This document shows, piece by piece, positions 56,530 to 64,000 of a stretch of DNA of 64,000 bases. The stretch spans positions 2,208,001 to 2,272,000 of the forward strand of contig OZ242318.1 of assembly GCA_965208105.1 (NCBI GenBank), given 5' to 3'. Each line of letters begins with the position of its first letter. Positions within the stretch are counted from its first letter, which is position 1. Origin of the DNA: Candidatus Latescibacterota bacterium. GTDB lineage: Bacteria; Latescibacterota; UBA2968; UBA8231. The notes below the pieces were generated by a model. That model worked only from the letters and a program-made list of their open reading frames with translations, was not told the origin of the DNA and did no database searches. The position numbers and the translations under genes are program-made.

Positions 56530-57898
56530 ACTTCTCCATGCGGCGGTAGAGGGAGGTGCGAGTCAGCCCCAGTTCCCGCGCCGCCCGGCTGACGTTGCCC
56601 CTGTACTGCTGCAGCGCCATGCCGATCACCTGCTTTTCCATCTCTTCCAGGTTGTAGCTGGCAAAGCCCGTGTCTCCTTCCACCTTCTGGTCCGCGGCCG
56701 AGAGCAGGAAATCCTCGGGCCGCAGGGTGGAGTCCTCGTTCATGATGAGGGCGCGTTCGGCGGCGTGCTGGAGCTCGCGCACGTTGCCGGGCCAATGGTA
56801 TTGCTCCAGCTTGCTGCGCCCCGCCGAACTCAACTTTTTCTCCGGCTTCTTGTACTTCATTGCGTAGACCTTCAGGAAGTGGTCGAGCAGCAGCGGGATG
56901 TCCTCCGGGCGCTGGCGCAGAGGCGGCAGGTGAATCTCCACGGTGTTGATGCGGTAGAGCAGGTCCTGGCGGAACTGCCGCGAGGCGGCCATGTCGCCAA
57001 TGGGCATGTTGGTGGCGCAGATGAGACGAACGTCGACGGCCACCGGCTCGTTGGCGCCCAGGGGAGTGATCCGGCGATTCTGCAGGGCGCTGAGGAGTTT
57101 GGCCTGCAGGGACAGGGAGAGGTTGCCGATCTCGTCGAGGAAGAGGGTGCCGCCCGAGGCAATCTCGAAGCGCCCGGCGCGGTCAGCCTTGGCATCGGTG
57201 AAGGCCCCCTTGACGTGGCCGAAGAGCTCGCTTTCGAAGAGGGTCTCGCTGAGACCTCCCATGTCCACCCCGATGAAGACCTCGTCGGCGCGCAGTGACT
57301 GGCGATGGATCTCGTGGGCGACCAACTCCTTGCCGGTGCCGTTTTCGCCCAGGATGAGGACATTGGCGTCGGTGGCGGCGACCTTGCGGATGGTGGCGAA
57401 GACCTCCTGCATGGCGGGGGACCGGCCGATGAATTCGCTGAAGGGCTGGGCCAGATCGGCGCTGAGCTGCCGCTGACGGGAGCGCAGGCGCTGGGCCTCC
57501 CGGCGCGCCTGGCGCAGGCTCACCGCCGCCGAGAGGGTGGCCAGGAGCTTTTCGTTGTTCCAGGGCTTGAGGACGAAGTCGGTGGCCCCCGCCTTGATGG
57601 CGCGCACCGCCATTTCCACGTCCCCATAGGCGGTGGTGAGCACCACAACCGCTTCCGGGTCCAGGGCGCGGATCTCCTGGAGCCAGTAAAACCCCTCGCG
57701 GCCGCTGCTGGCGTCCTGGGTAAAGTTCATGTCCAGCAGAATGACGTCCCAGGACGCGGCCCGAAGCCGAGCCGGAATGCGGCGGGGATCTTTTTCGCAG
57801 TGGACCTCGTAGTTGTGCTGCTGGAGCAGAAGACGCGCGGCCAGAAGTACGTCGTCGTCGTCGTCGACGATGAGGATTTTTTCAGCATTCTGGGTCAT
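56519..57898 (-). CDS. Sigma-54-dependent response regulator (NtrC family)
   Basis: Receiver domain, GENGTGKE, GAFTDA, WPGNVREL, Fis HTH. Confidence 0.95.
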   Translation of the reverse strand: MTQNAEKILIVDDDDDVLLAARLLLQQHNYEVHCEKDPRRIPARLRAASWDVILLDMNFTQDASSGREGFYWLQEIRALDPEAVVVLTTAYGDVEMAVRAIKAGATDFVLKPWNNEKLLATLSAAVSLRQARREAQRLRSRQRQLSADLAQPFSEFIGRSPAMQEVFATIRKVAATDANVLILGENGTGKELVAHEIHRQSLRADEVFIGVDMGGLSETLFESELFGHVKGAFTDAKADRAGRFEIASGGTLFLDEIGNLSLSLQAKLLSALQNRRITPLGANEPVAVDVRLICATNMPIGDMAASRQFRQDLLYRINTVEIHLPPLRQRPEDIPLLLDHFLKVYAMKYKKPEKKLSSAGRSKLEQYHWPGNVRELQHAAERALIMNEDSTLRPEDFLLSAADQKVEGDTGFASYNLEEMEKQVIGMALQQYRGNVSRAARELGLTRTSLYRRMEKYGL

Positions 57899-57967
57899 GT
57901 ATATTCCTCTGACAGCAAGATAGCACGGATTAGAGCGCAAACCAAATCCGCGGAAGGCACGTGGAAA

Positions 57968-58005
57968 TGTCCGCAGGCGTACACCGGATGTATCACCAGC
58001 GGACA
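57968..58005. promoter_or_regulatory. Putative enhancer (UAS) for the sigma-54 activator
   Basis: Tandem TGT-N10-ACA (57968-83) and TGT-N11-ACA (57989-58005), about 70-100 bp upstream of the -24/-12 promoter. Confidence 0.5.
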
Positions 58006-58071
58006 CCCCGGCAATGGGAGCTCAAAGTGATATTCTCTGTAAGTCTTTTAAAAACAGATGCAGATTGATTA

Positions 58072-58087
58072 TGGCACGGTTGTTGCA
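58072..58087 (+). promoter_or_regulatory. Sigma-54 (-24/-12) promoter
   Basis: TGGCAC-GGTTG-TTGCA, consensus match, upstream of the ABC permeases. Confidence 0.85.
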
Positions 58088-58163
58088 ATAGATTGCAATA
58101 GCTATCTCAATCAGATATGCTCACAATCCTCAAGCACTCAACGGGGATTCGGGAAGTTACCCT

Positions 58164-60569
58164 ATGTGGAAGAGCAACCTGATCATTGCCCTGCGCGTTT
58201 TGAGGCTCAACAAGACGATCTCGCTGATCAACATCGCCGGCCTGTCCGTGGCCTTTGCCGTGGCGGTCCTGTGTCTGCTGTTCGTGCGCCACGAGACATC
58301 TTTCGACGCTTGGCACGAAAAAGGGGACCGGATATTCGCCATCTATCTTGATCGGCTTGACGCCGACCCCAGTAGTGGCTCTTTCAACCGCATGATGATG
58401 ATGGGTTACCATCTGCGCGAGGCCGTGCGCAATAAAATCACCGGCATCCGCGAATCGGTTTCCATGATGGAGGGATACGGCAAAGTCTCCTATGGCGATG
58501 CGGACCTTGACGGGGACTTCCTCGCTGTCGATCCAGCCTTCCTCACCATGTTCACCTTGCCGCTGGCCGCGGGCGATGCGGCGACAGCCCTCGACGATCC
58601 CCAGAGCGTTGTTCTCGCCCACGAGACGGCGCATAAGTACTTCGGCCCCGATGTCCCTGCCCACGCCATGCTGGGCGAGCGCATCCGGCTGCACCTGGTC
58701 GAGCGGGACTACTCGACATCGCCATGGAAGGAGACGCCTATCGAGGTGGAGCGCACCATTGCGGGTGTGCTGGCACCTCTGCCGGGGCCTTCTATTTTGC
58801 ATCTGGATATACTCGTGCCCGCAGTAGCGGCTGAGGCGCTGCACTTCAGCGGCCTGGAGGGGCTTTTTGTCGAACTTGAAGAGGGCGTGGAGCCTGCCGA
58901 AGTGGAAGCGCGGCTTGAGCATACCCTGATCTCGCGGGAGGACCGATGGAAGTTGCAGCCTTTTTCAGGCGCTCACTTAGGACCCAGAATAGCGGGACCC
59001 GCCGGCTTCGGCTACGGCACGGTCGAGCATGTCAATCTGCTGGCAGGACTGGCCGCGCTCGTCCTGCTGGTCGCTGCCATCAACTTCGTCAATTTCGCCA
59101 TGAGCCGCGCCATGACGCGGACCTTGGAAGTCGGGGTGCGCAAGGCGATCGGCGCGACACGCCACCAGCTTTCCAACCAATTCCTCGCCGAAGCAATCGT
59201 GGTGAGCCTGATCGCCATCGTCGTTGGTATGGTCCTTGCCGAAGTCCTGTTACCGACCTTTAACGCGGTCGTGCATCAGCGGCTGGACATCGAATGGCTG
59301 TCGGTCGAGACCGGGATAGGCGCCTTGACCCTGGCCTTGGTAGTCGGCGTACTCTCGGGCTTGTATCCTGCCCAAGTCGTTGCTCGGCTTCATCCCGTCT
59401 GGGCACTGGCCGGAAAGACCCCCCAACCCGGTCGCGGTCTGCTCGGCCGCAGTCTGATTGTCGTGCAGTTTGCTCTGTCGGCCCTCCTAGTCGTCGTGAC
59501 GATCACTATGGAGCGACAGCTCGATTTCATGCGCACCAAGGACTTGGGCTTCGACGGCGACCAGGTCGTGCTGGTTTACTCCTCAAAAGGCGATCAAAAT
59601 GCTTTGCAGATCGAGCACCTCGCCCACGAGATCAAGTCCCGGCCAGGACTTGTCAAGGGAGTCTCCGGTGCCTCGCCAGCACCCGGCTTTGGCGCCTCGA
59701 ACCTCAAACTACTCCAGTCCGGTGAGAAAGCACTCCGCGCCAAGCCCTTCTACGTAAGTCCAGACTTTTTGAGCGTCATGGGTATCGAGATCCTCTCCGG
59801 GCAGGACTTCGATCCCAATCTGCCGCACGGTGTCCTGCTCAACGAGACCGCCGCACGCTTCTTCGGCCCTGAAGATCTCATCGGTCGCATCTTGACGCTC
59901 CCTGATGATAACGACGAGCCGGTGACGGTAATCGGCATCGTCGAGGATTTCCACTTCGTAGATATGCGCCATACGATAGGGCCAGCCTTCCTGACGACGC
60001 TTATGCCTAAGACCGACTTGCGGGGAGACTGGTTCATGCACACCCTGTTCCGGCTCGACCGTGCCGACCTGCCCGCGGCGGTCGAGGAGGTGAAGGCGCT
60101 GTGGAAGCGGGTCCTGCCGGAATATGAATTAGACGGCGTGCGCTTCCTCGACGAAGCTTTTGCAGCGAGATACGAGACCGAGCGGCGCGTCGGTCGTGTC
60201 CTGGGATGGATGAGTGCCGTCGCCATTGCGATCTCTTGCATGGGGCTTTTTGGCTTGGTCGCCCTAGCGGCCGTGCGGCGCACCAAGGAAATCGGAATCC
60301 GCAAGGTGCTCGGAGCTACGACCGGCAGCGTGCTGCTGTTGGTGTCGCGCGAATTCGGCTGGCTGGTGGTGGCTAACGTCATTGCCTGGCCGGTTGCCTA
60401 TTTCATCTTGAACCACTGGCTCGCGTTCTACGCCTATCGCATCGACATTGGCTTGTCTTGGTTTGTGCTGGCGGGGGTGGGGGTACTCGCCGTGGCGCTG
60501 GTCACCGTCAGCGGCCAGACGTGGCTGGCTGCGCGGGCAAATCCGGTGGACGCGTTGAGATACGAGTAG
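58164..60569 (+). CDS. ABC transporter permease (MacB/FtsX-like, duplicated)
   Basis: INIAGLSVA, EVGVRKAIGA, RTKEIGIRKVLGA, NPVDALRYE. Confidence 0.93.
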   Translation: MWKSNLIIALRVLRLNKTISLINIAGLSVAFAVAVLCLLFVRHETSFDAWHEKGDRIFAIYLDRLDADPSSGSFNRMMMMGYHLREAVRNKITGIRESVSMMEGYGKVSYGDADLDGDFLAVDPAFLTMFTLPLAAGDAATALDDPQSVVLAHETAHKYFGPDVPAHAMLGERIRLHLVERDYSTSPWKETPIEVERTIAGVLAPLPGPSILHLDILVPAVAAEALHFSGLEGLFVELEEGVEPAEVEARLEHTLISREDRWKLQPFSGAHLGPRIAGPAGFGYGTVEHVNLLAGLAALVLLVAAINFVNFAMSRAMTRTLEVGVRKAIGATRHQLSNQFLAEAIVVSLIAIVVGMVLAEVLLPTFNAVVHQRLDIEWLSVETGIGALTLALVVGVLSGLYPAQVVARLHPVWALAGKTPQPGRGLLGRSLIVVQFALSALLVVVTITMERQLDFMRTKDLGFDGDQVVLVYSSKGDQNALQIEHLAHEIKSRPGLVKGVSGASPAPGFGASNLKLLQSGEKALRAKPFYVSPDFLSVMGIEILSGQDFDPNLPHGVLLNETAARFFGPEDLIGRILTLPDDNDEPVTVIGIVEDFHFVDMRHTIGPAFLTTLMPKTDLRGDWFMHTLFRLDRADLPAAVEEVKALWKRVLPEYELDGVRFLDEAFAARYETERRVGRVLGWMSAVAIAISCMGLFGLVALAAVRRTKEIGIRKVLGATTGSVLLLVSREFGWLVVANVIAWPVAYFILNHWLAFYAYRIDIGLSWFVLAGVGVLAVALVTVSGQTWLAARANPVDALRYE

Positions 60570-60646
60570 CAGGTGGAACTTCCGCCAACATTTGCAGAAA
60601 TGAATAACGACGGTTACCAGGATCCCCCGGAGGTGGTCTTAACGAG

Positions 60647-63022
60647 ATGATTGGAAACTATTTCAAAATAGCCCTCCGCAACTTCATGCGCAGCAAGACC
60701 GTCTCCATGTTCAGTCTGCTGGGCCTTTCGGCAGGAATGGCCTGCTGCATTCTGAGTTCCATCTATGTGCTGGACGAATTGAGCTATGACCGGCACCACG
60801 AAAACGCCCACCGTATTTTCAGGGTGGCCGAGGAGATCACTACAGCAGGAACAACACGTCAAGTTGCCATCACGCCATTTTCTTTGGGACCTACCCTGGT
60901 CGATGATTATCCCGAAGTGATCGATGCCGTCAGGTTTTTTCGACAAATATGGAGCGCGAAGGGAATGCTGGTAGGGAACCCCCCGCATCTCTTCTTCGAA
61001 AAAGGTGTCGCATGGGTCGACCACAACGTATTTGACCTGTTCGATTTTCCCTTGAGTGCTGGAGACCCCCAGAGCGCCCTGATGCGTTCATTCTGTGTCG
61101 TACTCTCCCAGGAGATGGCGGATAAATATTTCGACGAGCAGAATCCGTTGGGCCAGACGCTATCGATGGGTGGACAGGATTTCGAGGTCACAGGTGTTTT
61201 GGCCGCAACGAAACAGAATACCCATCTCGAATTCGATTTCTTAGCGACGGCATCTCTAGAACCACCTCCGGGGAGAAAATGGGAAACTCATCAGTATTAC
61301 ACTTACCTGCTGTTGAAAGACAAAGACTCTGCAACAGACCTTGAAGCAAAATTTTCCAGCTTTGTCGATCGACACATGAAGTCCCTGAATGCGGTCGGTT
61401 TTCAAGCCAAGCCGTTCTTGCAACCTTTGACGGATATCAACCTGTATTCCGATCTGGAATTCGAGTTCAGTCCAAATGGAGATGTTCGCAGAGTCTATCT
61501 ATTCATCGCCATCGCCTGTGCCGTTCTCCTACTGGCCTGCGTCAACTTTGTCAGCGTATCCACGGCCCGGGCGCCGCGGCGGTCCAGGGAGATAGGGCTG
61601 CGCAAGGTGCTGGGTGCCCAGCGCCGGCAATTGACCGCACAGTTTTTGTTCGAGTCCGTCCTGTTCGCCCTCGTCGCATTATCTGTTGCCCTGGTAGTGG
61701 TCCACTTTACCTTGCCTCTGTGCAGCGCAATCCTCGGCTATGACCTGACCTACGATGCGGTAACCCACTGGAAGATGGCTGCGCTATTTGGAGGCATTGT
61801 CCTTCTAGCCGGTCTGTTAGCGGGAAGCTACCCCGCCCTGGTGTTGTCGTCCTTTCAGCCCGTGCAAACGCTCAAGGAGCACCTGGCTGCTGGGTCCAGC
61901 AAGGCAACCCTGCGCAAAGTCATCGTAGTGTTTCAATTTGCCCTGGCCATTCTGTTGCTTATCGGAACGGCGGTCATCTATCAACAGTCCCGCTTCCTGC
62001 GCCAGATGGATCTGGGGTTGGATAAGGAGCACGTTGTCGTGATGCCCGTACCCAGAAATGACAGCGACCTGATCGAACGCTATCGTTTGAGTTTGTCGGG
62101 ATATAAGCAGGTCGTAAGTGCCTCGGTATCGTCGGCAGTTCCCGGCCGAAAGACTACCGCCGAGCTTTTCCGTCCTCCGCTCGCGCATGATGACGAGACC
62201 CAATTACTAAACGTTATTTATGCCGATTACGACTTCGTTCAAACCTTTGGCCTCGAAATTGCAGAGGGGAGAAACTTTTCCAAGGAAATTGCCAGCGATA
62301 AAACGGGAGCATTCATCTTGAACGAAGCCGCCATGAAAGAACTGGGGTGGACCTCAGTCAGGCAGAAGGAACTTGATGAGGTTGATATCCTAAAAGGAGA
62401 AGTGGTCGGGGTAGTCCGGGATTTTATCTTTCAACCGCTGCATTTATCGGTCAGTCCATTAGTCATTGCAATGAAGAGAGACTGGCCAAATTATTTTTCC
62501 ATCAGGATCGCACCTGGAAATCCGGCCGACATTTTGACCCTGCTGAAGACCAAGTGGCAGGAAACAGCTCCGGACGAGCCATTCGATTACTTTTTCCTGG
62601 ATGAGACCTTTGACGAGATGTATCGCACCCAGGACCGCCTGGGCCAGCTCCTGAGCGTCTTTGCCGGCTTTACCGTTTTCATCGCCGGCCTGGGCTTCCT
62701 GGGATTGGCACTGCAGACGGTGCATTCGCGCCTCAAAGAAATTGGCATGCGCAAAATCCTCGGGGGCACAACCACCAGCATCATCGGCCTGTTGTCCAGA
62801 GAGTTCCTGGGGCTCATCGTTCTGGCCAACATCATTGCCTGGCCCCTGGCCTACTACGGCGCCCGCTCGTGGCTCGACTACTTTGCCTACCGCATTGACA
62901 TAGGGTTCGCCCCCTTCGTGTTCGGCGCTTCCCTGGCCCTGCTGGTGGCCGTGGTCAGCACCAGCTACCAGGTTTGGCATGCGGCCCGCATCAACCCCAC
63001 CCAAATCCTGCAAATGCAATAA
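60647..63022 (+). CDS. ABC transporter permease (MacB/FtsX-like, duplicated)
   Basis: NYFKIALRN, REIGLRKVLGA, KEIGMRKILGG. Confidence 0.93.
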   Translation: MIGNYFKIALRNFMRSKTVSMFSLLGLSAGMACCILSSIYVLDELSYDRHHENAHRIFRVAEEITTAGTTRQVAITPFSLGPTLVDDYPEVIDAVRFFRQIWSAKGMLVGNPPHLFFEKGVAWVDHNVFDLFDFPLSAGDPQSALMRSFCVVLSQEMADKYFDEQNPLGQTLSMGGQDFEVTGVLAATKQNTHLEFDFLATASLEPPPGRKWETHQYYTYLLLKDKDSATDLEAKFSSFVDRHMKSLNAVGFQAKPFLQPLTDINLYSDLEFEFSPNGDVRRVYLFIAIACAVLLLACVNFVSVSTARAPRRSREIGLRKVLGAQRRQLTAQFLFESVLFALVALSVALVVVHFTLPLCSAILGYDLTYDAVTHWKMAALFGGIVLLAGLLAGSYPALVLSSFQPVQTLKEHLAAGSSKATLRKVIVVFQFALAILLLIGTAVIYQQSRFLRQMDLGLDKEHVVVMPVPRNDSDLIERYRLSLSGYKQVVSASVSSAVPGRKTTAELFRPPLAHDDETQLLNVIYADYDFVQTFGLEIAEGRNFSKEIASDKTGAFILNEAAMKELGWTSVRQKELDEVDILKGEVVGVVRDFIFQPLHLSVSPLVIAMKRDWPNYFSIRIAPGNPADILTLLKTKWQETAPDEPFDYFFLDETFDEMYRTQDRLGQLLSVFAGFTVFIAGLGFLGLALQTVHSRLKEIGMRKILGGTTTSIIGLLSREFLGLIVLANIIAWPLAYYGARSWLDYFAYRIDIGFAPFVFGASLALLVAVVSTSYQVWHAARINPTQILQMQ

Positions 63023-63061
63023 TGACCGTCCACAGGATCCCCCGGAAGTAATTGCAACAAG

Positions 63062-64000
63062 ATGATTCGAAACTATTTCAAAATTGCCCTCCGCAACCTC
63101 CTACGCAGCAAGACCGTCTCCATGTTCAGTCTGCTGGGCCTTTCGGCAGGAATGGCCTGCTGCATTCTGAGCTCCATCTATGTGCTGGACGAGTTGAACT
63201 ACGACCGGCACCACGAAAACGCCCATCGCATTTTCAGGGTGGCTGTGGAAGCCACTACAGCGGGAGCAACACGCCGGGCCGCTATCACGCCATTTCCTAT
63301 GGGCCCTGCCCTTGTCGATGACTTTCCCGAAGTGATCGATGCGGTCAGATTTGATAGACGAATATGGAACGCAAAGGGAATGCTCGTAGGGAAACCACCC
63401 CATCTCTTCTTCGAAAAAGGTGTCGCATGGGTCGATGAGAACGCCTTTGACCTGTTCAACTTTCCTTTGGGAGCGGGAGACCCCGAAAGCGCCCTGGCGC
63501 GTCCAGCCTCTGTCATAATCTCCCAGGAGATGGCGGATAAATATTTCAACGACCAGAATCCGATAGGCCAGACCCTCTCGATGGGTGGACAGGATTTCGA
63601 GGTTACAGGTGTTCTGGCTGCAACGAAACAGAATTCACATCTCGAATTCGATTTCTTATCAACTGGAATAGTAGGAGAAAAGGACAATTGGAGAAGTCAC
63701 GAGTACTACACTTATCTGCTATTGAAGAACAAAGCCTCTGCAAAAGACCTTGAAGCCAAGTTGCCCACCTTTGTCGATCAACACAGAAAATCCGCGAAGA
63801 CGGACGGTTTTCAACCCAAATTTTTTTTGCAGCTCTTGACGGATATTCACCTCCATTCCGACCTGGAATTCGAGTTCAGTGCAAATGGAGATATTCGGAA
63901 GGTTTATCTTTTCACCGCCATCGCCTGTGCCGCTCTCCTCCTGGCCTGCGTCAATTTTGTCAGCGTATCCACGGCTCGGGCGCTGCGGCGCTCCAGGGAA
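63062..64000 (+). CDS. ABC transporter permease, partial (runs off window)
   Basis: MIRNYFKIALRN...; highly similar at DNA level to 60647 onward. Confidence 0.9.
   Translation, partial: MIRNYFKIALRNLLRSKTVSMFSLLGLSAGMACCILSSIYVLDELNYDRHHENAHRIFRVAVEATTAGATRRAAITPFPMGPALVDDFPEVIDAVRFDRRIWNAKGMLVGKPPHLFFEKGVAWVDENAFDLFNFPLGAGDPESALARPASVIISQEMADKYFNDQNPIGQTLSMGGQDFEVTGVLAATKQNSHLEFDFLSTGIVGEKDNWRSHEYYTYLLLKNKASAKDLEAKLPTFVDQHRKSAKTDGFQPKFFLQLLTDIHLHSDLEFEFSANGDIRKVYLFTAIACAALLLACVNFVSVSTARALRRSRE

Overview
GC-rich bacterial chromosome segment. The 'SWG..K' C-terminal motifs, PhyH/enolase/GH-type catabolic genes and sigma-54-controlled ABC permease arrays suggest Latescibacterota or a related FCB lineage, but this is inference. 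Positions 1-9.9 kb form an accessory region next to tRNA-Lys(CTT): remnants of nested IS1595-family elements with passenger genes (two paralogues of an unknown ~370-390 aa protein, a KilA-N pseudogene, a secreted protein), a TolB-like protein, and a lexA-led three-gene cassette with a palindromic operator and an exact 29-bp repeat linking its promoter to its last gene. Positions 10-24 kb are housekeeping (TPR, efp, gcvH, HNH, scpAB, rluB, cmk, rpsA, mutS, rlmB, lptD). Positions 24-53.6 kb are mostly catabolic (PhnY/PhnZ-like pair, TRAP transporter, oxidoreductases, two GH42-like paralogues, nagAB), with manA/manC-like genes, tatC, lnt and radC. Positions 54-64 kb hold a Fic gene, a sigma-54 two-component system and tandem ABC permeases. 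Top finding: an IS110/IS1111-group element inserted exactly into the CTAGTGTC terminus of a MITE that occurs three times in the window. Its downstream non-coding RNA carries readable guide segments matching that MITE end (GACACTA, CTAG) and its own donor junction (ATATCAG), consistent with a bridge-RNA recombinase programmed against another mobile element's end. All analysis was by eye; no searches were run.
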